A stretch of DNA of 64,000 nucleotides from an uncultured delta proteobacterium (lineage in GTDB: Bacteria; Desulfobacterota; Deferrisomatia; Deferrisomatales; JACRMM01): contig CAVPOV010000005.1 in the NCBI GenBank assembly GCA_963707045.1, forward strand, positions 140,313 to 204,312. The letters are read 5' to 3'. The notes below the pieces were generated by a model. That model worked only from the letters and a program-made list of their open reading frames with translations. It was not told where the DNA came from and ran no database searches. This document shows positions 47,801 through 56,158 of the stretch, one piece after another (position 1 is the first letter of the stretch; each line of letters begins with the position of its first letter). Both the position numbers and the translations under genes were made by a program.

Positions 47801-48432
47801 AGTGGGGCGAGGCGGTGGAGGGGATGGCCTCGGACCTCCTCCGGACGCCCCTGGACCCCGGCGCCCCCGAGCTGACCCTCTCGCGCATCCCGCCGGCGCA
47901 CCGCCTGGCCGAGGCGGAGTTCCTCCTCCCCCTCCGGCCGCAGGGGCCTCCGCTCACGCCCGCGGGCCTGGCCCGGGCGTTCCGGGAGGCCGGCGTGGAG
48001 GAACTCGCCGGCGCCGCCGGGCGGGGCGTCCCGGAGCGCCTCGGGCGGTTGGAGTTCTCGCCGGCCCGCGGGTACCTGCGCGGGTTCATGGACCTGGTGT
48101 TCCGGTTCGGCGACCGGTACTACCTGGTGGACTGGAAGTCCAACCGCCTGGGGGATCGGCCCGAGGACTACGGACCCGCCGCCCTGGCGGCCGCGATGGC
48201 GGGGGACCACTACGTCCTCCAGTACCACCTCTACGCCGTCGCCCTCCACCGGCACCTGGGGGCGAGGCTCCCGGGCTACGACTTCGGGCGGAACTTCGGG
48301 GGCGTCTTCTACGTCTTCCTCCGGGGGGTCGACCCGACGCGTCCCGGGTCCGGGGTCTTCGCCGACCGCCTGTCGCGGGATCGGGTGGAGAACCTGTCGC
48401 ACGGGCTGCTCGACGGCAGGGGGGCGCCGTGA
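44797..48432 (+). CDS. recB: exodeoxyribonuclease V beta subunit (helicase-nuclease)
   Basis: 'LIEASAGTGKTYTI', 'LIDEFQDTDPIQYEIF', 'LIGDPKQAIYGFRGAD', 'VTVHRSKGLEYPVVF' and the nuclease motif 'GFMDLVFRFGDRYYLVDWKSN'. Confidence 0.92.
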   Translation: MTARPFELLDSPLDGTNLIEASAGTGKTYTIAGLVLRLLLEEGLPVERILVVTFTVAATEELRGRVRRRIREALDAFDAGSGADPFLRGLLARHDHRAAAARLEAALREFDDAPIFTIHGFCQRVLRESAFEGGLLFDAELITDPEPLLQEVVDDYWRRRICAGPPLLAGFAARRGFSAESLLKLLKSYVRHPFLEVIPDLPPEEVPRRLEAFLGAFESVRGAWPGEAASVERVLREHPGLSRSEANFREDAVDACVAGLERCLGGGDAAPRCFGALRKVASGSFREKGVLKKGHEPPENRFFDLCQALADAEDELFLALRVGFLREARRELDAKKAARNAQGFDDLLTRLHGALRADGGAALARALRERYGAALIDEFQDTDPIQYEIFDRVFGTRAEAPSLLFLIGDPKQAIYGFRGADVFAYLEASHRAGARYTLTENWRSEPDLIDAVAALFPAAERPFVFPEIGMPPVRAAERRDRALLTLDGEPEAPFRLWFVGRDEGCKPRARIPKVRGEREIPPAVAAEISRLLEAGREGRLRIGGRPLGPGDIAVLTRKNRQAGWVQEALRRLGVPSVLYSTESLFASREAAEVQRVVAALAEPGNETLVKAAATTDCLGLDGEGLYEVLADETAWEGWLGRFRDLHRRWAASGFLAAFRRLLSEFGVRETLLGYGDGERRLTNVLHLGEVLHRAAVEGHLGPAGLARWLAERRADGGEAEEHQLRLESDAQAVKLVTVHRSKGLEYPVVFCPFSWEGSELSAREPGLKVHLPAGGEAEGGRFVLDLGSEGLEEHRRRAEVESLAENVRLLYVALTRARNRCYFVWGPFNTADTSAAAYLVPNGGRPLGDGGLEELRGRLETLGDAELREAFAPLRGAGAAEVGPLPAAAGVAYRTAEADTREPAARRFAGSAAARWGVSSFSSLVLGAPPDEEPADRDGAGARGVPREPAAPPAGILGFPAGAAAGTFLHDVLEHLDFGEEAGEARRSLVGRKLSEHGFGAEWGEAVEGMASDLLRTPLDPGAPELTLSRIPPAHRLAEAEFLLPLRPQGPPLTPAGLARAFREAGVEELAGAAGRGVPERLGRLEFSPARGYLRGFMDLVFRFGDRYYLVDWKSNRLGDRPEDYGPAALAAAMAGDHYVLQYHLYAVALHRHLGARLPGYDFGRNFGGVFYVFLRGVDPTRPGSGVFADRLSRDRVENLSHGLLDGRGAP

Positions 48433-50276
48433 AGGCTGCGACGGCCCTCGGGTCCCTGGCAGCCTCGGGAGTCCTCTCGGAGCTCGACCTCCACTTCGCC
48501 GGACTCCTGGAACGGGGGGGGGAGGGACGCCCCGAGGTGCTCCTGGGCGCCGCCCTGGCGAGCCGCGCCACGGCGCACGGGCACGTCTGCCTGCGGCTCG
48601 ACGCGGCGGCCGGCGAACTGCGGGGGCTGGGCCGCGAGGCGCCCGACCCCGCGGCCTGGGCGGGGGTGCTCCGCACGAGCGACTGGGTGGGGGAGCCGGG
48701 CCAGTTCCGGCCCCTGGTCCTGGACGGGGCCGGGCGCCTGTACCTGCACCGGTACTGGAGCTACGAGCGGGAGCTCGCCGACGGGCTCCTGGCCCGCGCC
48801 GCCCGGGCGACCGAGGAAGGGGATCCGGGCTGGATGCGAGAGGGGCTGTGTCGGCTCTTCCCCCGGCCGGCCGGGCTGCCGGAGGGGGAGCCCGACGGCC
48901 AGAAGCTGGCGGCCGCCGCAGCCCTCCTCAAGCCCCTGTGCGTCGTCTCGGGCGGGCCTGGCACGGGCAAGACGACCACCGTGGTGAAGATCCTGGCCCT
49001 GCTCCTGGAGCGGGCCGGGGACGCCGGGCTGCGCATCGCCCTGGCCGCGCCCACGGGGAAGGCGGCGGCTCGGCTGCAGGAGGCGGTGCGCGCCGCCAAG
49101 GGGTCGCCCCCGGAGCGGGGAGGACTCGCCTGCTCCGACGCGGTGAGGGACGCGATCCCCGAGGAGGCTTCCACGGTGCACCGGCTCCTCGGCGTCCGTC
49201 CGGGAGCGGCGGCGGCGCGCCACGGCGGTTCCCGCCCGCTGCCCCACGACGTCGTCGTGGTGGACGAGGTCTCCATGCTCGACCTGGCGCTGACCGCCAG
49301 GCTCGTTCGGGCCGTCCGGCCCGAGGCGAGGCTCATCCTGCTCGGGGACCGGGACCAGCTGGCTTCCGTGGAGGCGGGCGCGGTCCTGGGGGACCTGTGC
49401 GACACGGGACGGGAGCACGGGTACTCGAGGGCGTTCGCCGCGCGCCTCTCCGAGGCGACGGGGGCGCCCGTCGCCCCGGGGCCGGAGGAGGGCGGCGCGG
49501 GACTGCGCGACTGCCTCGCGCTGCTCCGCTGGAGCTTCCGCTTCTGCTCCGCGGGCGGCATCGGGTCGGCGAGCCGGGCGGTGAACGAGGGACGGGCCGA
49601 GGACGCGCTCGCGGTGATGGGCGGAGACGACCCGCAGGTCGCCCGGCGGGACGTCCCCCACCCCGACCGCCTCGGGGCGGGCCTGGAGGCCCGGGTCGTC
49701 GGGGCCTTCCGGGCCTGGGCCGGGGCCCCGGACGCGGCGGGGGCCCTCGCGGGCTTCGGCCGCTCGCGCATCCTGTGCGCTCACCGCGACGGCCCCTTCG
49801 GTTCCGCGAACGTGAACCGCGTCGTGGAGGCGGCCCTGAGTCGCCTGGGCCTCGTGGAGTCCGACCGCGAGTGGTACCCGGGGCGGCCCGTAATGGTGAC
49901 CCGAAACGACCACGCGCTCCGCCTCTACAACGGGGACGTGGGGATCGCGCGGCCCGACCCGGACGCCGGAGGCGCCCTCCGGGTCTTCTTCCCGGGGCCC
50001 GACGGCCGGGCGCGGGCGGTGGCGCCCCTGCGGATCCCCGCGTGCGAGACCGTGTACGCGATGACGGTCCACAAGAGCCAGGGGTCCGAGTTCGACGACG
50101 TGCTGCTGATCCTCGGCGACCGTCCCACCCGCGTGCTGACGCGGGAGCTGCTGTACACGGGCCTCACGAGGGCCCGGGAGCGGGTGGAGGTATGGGCGGC
50201 CGAGGAGGCGTTCCGGGCTGCGGTGGAGCGGCGCGCCGAGCGCACCTCGGGGTTGCGGGACGCCCTGTGGGGGTAG
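48429..50276 (+). CDS. recD: exodeoxyribonuclease V alpha subunit
   Basis: 'VVSGGPGTGKTTTV', 'VVVDEVSMLDL', 'LILLGDRDQLASVEAG' and 'AMTVHKSQGSEF'. GTGA overlap with recB. Confidence 0.9.
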   Translation: MKAATALGSLAASGVLSELDLHFAGLLERGGEGRPEVLLGAALASRATAHGHVCLRLDAAAGELRGLGREAPDPAAWAGVLRTSDWVGEPGQFRPLVLDGAGRLYLHRYWSYERELADGLLARAARATEEGDPGWMREGLCRLFPRPAGLPEGEPDGQKLAAAAALLKPLCVVSGGPGTGKTTTVVKILALLLERAGDAGLRIALAAPTGKAAARLQEAVRAAKGSPPERGGLACSDAVRDAIPEEASTVHRLLGVRPGAAAARHGGSRPLPHDVVVVDEVSMLDLALTARLVRAVRPEARLILLGDRDQLASVEAGAVLGDLCDTGREHGYSRAFAARLSEATGAPVAPGPEEGGAGLRDCLALLRWSFRFCSAGGIGSASRAVNEGRAEDALAVMGGDDPQVARRDVPHPDRLGAGLEARVVGAFRAWAGAPDAAGALAGFGRSRILCAHRDGPFGSANVNRVVEAALSRLGLVESDREWYPGRPVMVTRNDHALRLYNGDVGIARPDPDAGGALRVFFPGPDGRARAVAPLRIPACETVYAMTVHKSQGSEFDDVLLILGDRPTRVLTRELLYTGLTRARERVEVWAAEEAFRAAVERRAERTSGLRDALWG

Positions 50277-50322
50277 AAGCTGGGATTTTCGGACCGGCGG
50301 ACGCGAGGGGGCAGGGGGAGCG

Positions 50323-51405
50323 ATGAGGATCCTTCACACGGCGGACTGGCAACTGGGGCTGCGGCTCCGCTTCGTGCCGGGAGAGGCGGGGGCGCGCGCC
50401 CGCGCCCAACGCTTCGACACCGTGCGGCGCCTCGCGGACCTGGCCCGAAACCGCGGCGTGGATGCGGTGCTGGTGGCCGGCGACGTCTTCGACGACAACG
50501 GGGTCGGGAACGACACGCTCCAGCAGGCCCGGGACGCCCTGGCGGCGTTCGCCCCGGTGCCGGTCCTCCTCCTCCCCGGCAACCACGACGCCGCGACGCC
50601 GGACTCGGCCCTCGCCCGGCTCGCGCCCGCCGCCCACGTCCGACTCCTCCTCGACGAGGAACCCGTGGCCGTGGGCGGCGGGTGGGTGTTCCCGTGCCCG
50701 CTGCGCCGCCGCCACGAGGCCGGGGACCCGGCCCGCAACCTGCCGGCCCGGGAGGCCGGCGACGACGCCGTGCGGGTCGCCCTGGCCCACGGGGGGGTCA
50801 TCGAGTTCTCCCAGGCCACCGAGAGCCCGAACCGGATCGACCCGGAGGCGGTGCTCGCCAAGGGCTTCGACTACCTGGCGCTCGGCGACTGGCACTCCAC
50901 CCTCGGCCTGGGGCCCCGGGTCTGGTACCCGGGGACCCCGGAGCCCACCCGCTTCCAGGAGCGGGACGCCGGGAACGCCCTCGTGGTGGAGCTCCCGGCG
51001 GCGGGCGCGGTGCCGCGGGTGGAGCCGGTCGCCGTCGGGCGGTCGCGGTGGGTCTCCCGGGAGGTGACCTTCGACGACGACGCCGGGGTGGAGCGGCTCG
51101 CCGAGTGGTTCGAGGTGCTGCCCGAGAGGTCGTGGACTCTGGTGAGCCTCGCCCTGTCCGGCCACCTCTCCCTCGAGGCCCGGGCCCGACTGGAGGCGCT
51201 CCTCGAAGCGGAGGCCTCGAAGCTCCTGCTCCTCGACGTCGGCCGGGACGAGGTTGTGGAGGCGGCCACGGACGAGGATCTGGCTCGGCTGGCGCCGGAA
51301 GGGTTCGTCGGCGCCGCGGTCGAGCGGCTGCGGTCGGAGGACTCCGCGGAGGCCCGCGAGGCTCTCCGGCTCCTCCACCGGCTGCAGGGCGGAGGTGGGG
51401 CGTGA
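50323..51405 (+). CDS. SbcD/Mre11-like metallophosphoesterase (motif I reads D-W-Q instead of D-x-H)
   Basis: 'MRILHTADWQLG', 'LVAGDVFDD', 'LLPGNHD', 'VALAHGG', 'LALGDWH'. 360 aa. Confidence 0.8.
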   Translation: MRILHTADWQLGLRLRFVPGEAGARARAQRFDTVRRLADLARNRGVDAVLVAGDVFDDNGVGNDTLQQARDALAAFAPVPVLLLPGNHDAATPDSALARLAPAAHVRLLLDEEPVAVGGGWVFPCPLRRRHEAGDPARNLPAREAGDDAVRVALAHGGVIEFSQATESPNRIDPEAVLAKGFDYLALGDWHSTLGLGPRVWYPGTPEPTRFQERDAGNALVVELPAAGAVPRVEPVAVGRSRWVSREVTFDDDAGVERLAEWFEVLPERSWTLVSLALSGHLSLEARARLEALLEAEASKLLLLDVGRDEVVEAATDEDLARLAPEGFVGAAVERLRSEDSAEAREALRLLHRLQGGGGA

Positions 51406-54032
51406 TCCTCCGGGACCTGCGCGTGTGCCACTGGCGGGGACTCGGGGAGTTGGCCCTGCCGTCGCTCGCCCCCGGGCTCAACCTGGTGCTCGGGCGAAAC
51501 GAGTCGGGGAAGAGCCGCCTGGTGGAGGCCCTCTGGTTCTCGCTCTTCGAGAGCTCCAAGGGGAAGGCCGAGCACAAGCGCGCGCTGCAGGGCTGGGGGA
51601 GCGCCGAGGGGCCGGTGGTGGAGACGACCTTCTCCGTCGCCGGGGAGACCTACCGGGTGGAGAAGCGCTTCGTGGCTTCGCCCTACACGGTGCTGGAAGG
51701 CCCGGGCCGGACGTGGAAGGGCGAGGAGGCGGAGGCCCGGCTCTCGGAGCTCCTGGGGACCGCCGCTTCCGGCGGGCGCCGGGCCGACCCGGCGGGCCTG
51801 GGCCTGTGGCCGCTCCTGTGGGTGCGTCAGTTCGAGGGGGCCGAGGCGCCCCACCGGGACCTCAACGACGCGACCCGCGCCCGGCTCGAGGACCTCCTGG
51901 CGCGGGAGGTGGGCCGGATCGCCGTCGGCCCCCGGGGACTGGCGGTCCTGGAGCGGGCGCGGCAGGAGGCCGGCCGCTACTGGACCGCCACGGGGAGGGC
52001 GACCCTCGAGCTCCGGGACGCCCAGGAGGCGGCGGCCCGCTGCCGGGGCCGGTGGGACGAGGCGCGCCGCAGGAAGGGCGAGTCGGAGGCCGTCTCCTCG
52101 GAACTCGCGCGGACCCGCCGAGAACTCGAGGGTCTCGCGGAGCGTCTGGCGCTTCGGCGGAAGGCGCTGACCCGGGCGCGGGAACGCGCCGCCGAGGCGG
52201 AGCGGGCGCTTCAGGACCTGCGATCCGTGGAGGCGGAGATCCGGGTGGCGGAGGCGGGAGCGAAGGCGGCGCGGGAGACCCACGGGTTGCGCGTGGAGCG
52301 GGACGGGGCGCTCGCGAAGCTCGAAGCGGAGGGCGCCGCCGCCGCCGGGGAAGCCCGGGGCCTCGCGGCGCGGGTGGAGGAGGCGCTCGGGAAGGTCGCC
52401 TCGGCGGAGGCGGGGGTCCGGAGGGCGGAGGAGGCGCACCGGGAGGCCAAGGAGGTGTACCGCCGGGCCGTGGACCAGGGGCGCCGCACGGAGGCGGCCG
52501 GCCAGCTCGAGGCGCTCGAGGGGCGCCGCTCCCGGGTCGACGGCCTGGAGGTCCGGCTTGCGGAACTCGCCCGCGCCGTGGGCTCGCTGGCGGTGGACGG
52601 AGAGTCGGCCAAGCGGGTCCGCGCGCTCGCCTCGGCGTGGGAGAAGGCGCGGGCCGGACTCGCCGGGGCGGCGGCGAGGCTCGAGGTGCACGCCCACCGG
52701 TCCCTCGACCTGTCCGACGGCCCGCTCGGGGAGGGCGAGCGGCAGGTCTGGACGTGCGCGGAGCCCACCACGGTGGAGATTCGCGGCGTCGCGACGGTGT
52801 CCGTGGTCCCCGGGGGCGAGGGTCTCACGGCCGTCCGCGACGAGGAGCGGGTGCGCCGCGCCGGCCTCGAAGAGGCGCTGGCGGAGGTGGGGTTGCCCTC
52901 GCCGGAGGCGGTGGAGAACCAGTGGGGGCAGCGCCAGGAGTTGGAGCGGGAGATCGGGCAGGTGCGGGGCCTGCTCGATGCCCTCTGCCCGGAAGGCACG
53001 TCGGAGCTGGCCGCGCAGGTGGGCCGGGCCCGTGCCGTCCTGGCGGCGCTGGGGGAGGGCGACGGGACCGCCCCGGGCGTCGAGGAGGCGCGGGAGGCCG
53101 TGGACGCCGCGGCCGACGCCGAGCGCCAGGCCCGCGCCGTCCGGGACGGGGCCTCCGAGGCCCTCGGCGCGCTGCGGGTGGAAGCCGGAAGGGTCGAGCA
53201 GCGGGCCAAGGGTCTCCGGGAGGAGAGGGAGCGGTTGCTCGCGCTCCTCCACGGCATGCCGCCGGCGGCCGATCTGGAGGCCCGGCTCCGCGGCGCGGAG
53301 CGGGGCCGGGAGGAGTTGCTCGGGGCGCGGGAGGGGCTGAAGAGGTCCTACGAGGAACTGGGTGGACCCGGCTCGGCAGGAGATGTCGAGCGGGAGCAGG
53401 CGGCCGCGGACGCCCTGGAGGCGCAGCGCGGGGAGCTGGAGGGACAGCGGCTGCGCCTGGAGGGCAGGCTTTCGGCGCTGGAGGGGGAGGCCCTCCACGA
53501 GGAGGAGCAGGAGGCCGCCGCCGCGTCGGCCGCTGCGCAGCAGGCCCTGGAACGGGTGGAGCGCCGCGCGGCCGCGGTTCGCAGGCTCCTGGAGGCCCTG
53601 GAGGGCGCGCGGCGCGAGGCCCAGGAGCGGCTCACGGCCCCGGTGCGAAACCGGGTGGAGCCCTACCTGCGCCAGGTCTTCCCGGGCTCCTCCCTGTCCC
53701 TCACGGAGACCTGGGAGGTGGCGGGGCTCGAGACGGCGAACCTGGCCGAGCCGTTCCTGGAGCTCTCGGGTGGGGCGCGGGAGCAACTGGCGGTCATCGT
53801 GCGGGTGGGCCTGGCGGAGCTCCTCGCGGGGGAGCACCGCCTGCCCCTGGTCCTCGACGACGCCCTCACGAACACGGACTTCGAACGGGTGGAGCGGATC
53901 CACCGGGTCCTCTTCCAGGCGGCGAAGCGGCTCCAGGTCCTCGTCTTCTCGTGCCACGAGGAGGCGTACGACGGGCTCGGCGCGGACCGCACCTTCCGTC
54001 TTCCCGGCGGGCGCGGGGTCGCGGCGCCGTGA
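51402..54032 (+). CDS. SbcC/YhaN-like SMC-type AAA ATPase (876 aa, long coiled coil, no CxxC zinc hook seen)
   Basis: N-terminal 'GLNLVLGRNESGKSRLVEAL' Walker A and about 600 aa rich in Glu/Arg/Ala/Leu. C-terminal 'LSGGAREQLAVIVRVGLA', 'LVLDDALTNTD', 'VFSCHE'. GTGA overlap with the upstream gene. Confidence 0.8.
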   Translation: MILRDLRVCHWRGLGELALPSLAPGLNLVLGRNESGKSRLVEALWFSLFESSKGKAEHKRALQGWGSAEGPVVETTFSVAGETYRVEKRFVASPYTVLEGPGRTWKGEEAEARLSELLGTAASGGRRADPAGLGLWPLLWVRQFEGAEAPHRDLNDATRARLEDLLAREVGRIAVGPRGLAVLERARQEAGRYWTATGRATLELRDAQEAAARCRGRWDEARRRKGESEAVSSELARTRRELEGLAERLALRRKALTRARERAAEAERALQDLRSVEAEIRVAEAGAKAARETHGLRVERDGALAKLEAEGAAAAGEARGLAARVEEALGKVASAEAGVRRAEEAHREAKEVYRRAVDQGRRTEAAGQLEALEGRRSRVDGLEVRLAELARAVGSLAVDGESAKRVRALASAWEKARAGLAGAAARLEVHAHRSLDLSDGPLGEGERQVWTCAEPTTVEIRGVATVSVVPGGEGLTAVRDEERVRRAGLEEALAEVGLPSPEAVENQWGQRQELEREIGQVRGLLDALCPEGTSELAAQVGRARAVLAALGEGDGTAPGVEEAREAVDAAADAERQARAVRDGASEALGALRVEAGRVEQRAKGLREERERLLALLHGMPPAADLEARLRGAERGREELLGAREGLKRSYEELGGPGSAGDVEREQAAADALEAQRGELEGQRLRLEGRLSALEGEALHEEEQEAAAASAAAQQALERVERRAAAVRRLLEALEGARREAQERLTAPVRNRVEPYLRQVFPGSSLSLTETWEVAGLETANLAEPFLELSGGAREQLAVIVRVGLAELLAGEHRLPLVLDDALTNTDFERVERIHRVLFQAAKRLQVLVFSCHEEAYDGLGADRTFRLPGGRGVAAP

Positions 54033-54085
54033 GCGCGCCGCGGTCTCCGGCGGGGGGGCGGGCTCGGGGCGGTGGAGGGAGCGGG

Positions 54086-54838
54086 ATGTCCCGAACGTGG
54101 TGGCGGGTGCCGGCGGCGTTGCTCGCGGCGTCGGCCGCGGCGTGCGGCACGCTCCACGGGGCGGGCACGGGCCCCCCCGCGCTGGGCCCGGAGGACGCCG
54201 TGGGAATCGTGCTGACCCGGTACGCCCGGGCCAAGGGCGGCGAGGCGTCGCGGGAAGCGGAGAACCTCCGCGGCAAGGAGAGGTTCTTCGGGGGATGCGT
54301 CGCCGAGGGCATCCGGGACGCCGCGCCCCGGGCACGGGTCTTGGAACCCGACGACACCTGGCCGCTCCTGTTTCCGGGCACGCCCTACGAAGCAGCCCCC
54401 CGCGGGTGGGACGCGCTCCTCGAGGCCCTCGAGCGGTCGCCGCCGTGCGGGCCCTCCGGGGTTCCCCCGGTGCGCTACCTGGTGGTTCTGGACGTGGAGA
54501 CCCGGGAGGAGGCCGCGGCGACGGACGTGGGGATGGGCGGCGACGGCGGCGGTGGGGGCGGCATCCTGGTGGTCGCGGCGGACACCCGCTGGGACCGCTC
54601 GACCCGGATCGAAGCCTCGGTTCTCGACCTGGCGACCGTGGAGGAGTGCGGCCACCTCTCGGCTTCGAGCCGGGGGAACGAGGGCTGGATCTACGGCTGC
54701 GGGGTCTGCGTCATCCCACCCTGCGTGATCCCCTTCCCGATCCCGCCCGTCCCCCGGACCGTCATGACCGAGTCGAGCACCTGTGCAGACATCGGGAAGC
54801 GCCTCGGCGAGGGCTTCGCGGGGGCCGCCGAGCCCTGA
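54086..54838 (+). CDS. lipoprotein of unknown function with a Gly run and a Cys/Pro-rich C-terminus
   Basis: Lipobox 'LLAASAAAC', 'GMGGDGGGGGGILVV' and 'GCGVCVIPPCVIPFPIPPVP'. Confidence 0.55.
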   Translation: MSRTWWRVPAALLAASAAACGTLHGAGTGPPALGPEDAVGIVLTRYARAKGGEASREAENLRGKERFFGGCVAEGIRDAAPRARVLEPDDTWPLLFPGTPYEAAPRGWDALLEALERSPPCGPSGVPPVRYLVVLDVETREEAAATDVGMGGDGGGGGGILVVAADTRWDRSTRIEASVLDLATVEECGHLSASSRGNEGWIYGCGVCVIPPCVIPFPIPPVPRTVMTESSTCADIGKRLGEGFAGAAEP

Positions 54839-54995
54839 GCCGGCCTCCCGGAGCAGCGGGGCTCCCCCGCGCCCGCGGGACCCCGCGCCGCGATTGGCCC
54901 ACCCGCTCCGGATGTGGTATGCGTCTGGGCAGATCAGCCACACGAACCGAGGCCGCGCCGCGGAGACGACGGGCGGCCTCCGGGAGGAGCCGACG

Positions 54996-55367
54996 ATGAG
55001 CGAGCCGGCCGGAGTCCGGGTTTCCGACCTCAAGGTCGACCAGCAGAACCTCTACCGCGAGGAGACCTTCACCGACCTCAAGGTCGCGAGCATCCGGCGC
55101 CTCACGCCCGTGAAGCAGGACGGCTCCCTCGACAAGGGCCGGCCGGTGCTCTTCGTCGGGCAGACCCGGATCATGACGCCGGCCGGGAGCCTGCCCATCG
55201 AGGCGCCGCTCGACGCGCAGAACCTCCAGCAGGCCATGGAGCGGTTCCCCTCGGCCGTGGCGGCGGCGATCGAGCACATGATGGCCGAGCTCTCCGAGCT
55301 CCGGCGGCGGGAGGCCGGCCGGATCGTGACGCCCCGGGAGGCCGGCGGGGGCATCGTGCTCCCGTAG
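54996..55367 (+). CDS. hypothetical cytoplasmic protein (123 aa)
   Basis: ATG after GGGAGGAG; high-GC3 frame; no motif recognised. Confidence 0.5.
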   Translation: MSEPAGVRVSDLKVDQQNLYREETFTDLKVASIRRLTPVKQDGSLDKGRPVLFVGQTRIMTPAGSLPIEAPLDAQNLQQAMERFPSAVAAAIEHMMAELSELRRREAGRIVTPREAGGGIVLP

Positions 55368-55426
55368 GGGACCCGTTCTCCCCGCCGTCGCCCGAGCCCC
55401 ATCCCCCGTTCCGGAGGGCGGCCGCC

Positions 55427-56158
55427 GTGACCACCCGATTCCTGCGGCGCCTCGGCGTCCTCGCAGCAGCGCTCCTGGCCTGGGCCGTTTCGGCGGGCGC
55501 GTGGAACGACGAGACCCACCTCGCGATCGCGAAGGCGGCGGGCTACGCGAAGTGGTTCAACGCAGCCGGCGCCGACATGGCCAAGGTGAAGGCCGGCGCG
55601 ATCGAACAGCACAACCACTACGCCAACAACCCCGCGGGCGCGACCGTCACCCCGGCGGGCGTCCTGGCGCAGGTCCCGCGCTACGACACGGTGGACGCCG
55701 CAGGGCACCTCTACGGGGCCGTCCTCGCGGCGGTGCGCGCCTACCGGGCCGAGCGGGCCCGCGGCAAGTACGGGGAGTACCATCTCGCCTTCGCCGCCCA
55801 TTACCTGGGCGATCTCTCGATGCCCCTCCACAACACCGAGTACAACGCCTTCAACCGGAAGCACCACGCGGCGATGGACGCGACCGTGGATGCCGCGGCC
55901 CTGGGCGACCTGGAGCGGATCCGAATCCATCCCGTGGAGATCCGCTCCGAGGAGGACCTCGCCGCCGAGGTGGCCCGGATCGCGAACGTCTCCCACGCCC
56001 TGGGGAGGAGGCTCGAGGCGGAGGGCCGGCTTCCCACGCCGAGAGAGGCCTACGCGCAGCTCGGCCGGAGCGCTTCGGTCCTGCGGGCCGTGCTGCTGTA
56101 CGCCGGGGCACCCCTCCTGCCGGGGGTCGTCGGCGAGGGGTCCCCGCCTGGGAAGTGA
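55427..56158 (+). CDS. secreted S1/P1-nuclease- or zinc phospholipase-C-like protein (tentative)
   Basis: Signal peptide 'LGVLAAALLAWAVSAGA' followed directly by 'WNDETHLAIAKAAGY', and later 'AHYLGDLSMPLHN' and 'HHAAMD'. These are His/Asp clusters arranged as in the S1-P1/PLC zinc fold. Assignment is by motif only. Confidence 0.45.
   Translation: MTTRFLRRLGVLAAALLAWAVSAGAWNDETHLAIAKAAGYAKWFNAAGADMAKVKAGAIEQHNHYANNPAGATVTPAGVLAQVPRYDTVDAAGHLYGAVLAAVRAYRAERARGKYGEYHLAFAAHYLGDLSMPLHNTEYNAFNRKHHAAMDATVDAAALGDLERIRIHPVEIRSEEDLAAEVARIANVSHALGRRLEAEGRLPTPREAYAQLGRSASVLRAVLLYAGAPLLPGVVGEGSPPGK

Noticed and set aside
44572-48402. 1,276-aa antisense ORF opposite recB. Similar giant shadow ORFs occur at 50871-54335(-), 40601-43759(-), 13750-15819(-), 25513-27678(-) and in the 41686-44796(+) alternative frame.
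   Set aside because: Their translations are Arg/Pro/Gly/Ala-rich low-complexity sequence with no motifs. They overlap genes with unambiguous motif content. Stop-codon scarcity at ~70% GC explains them.
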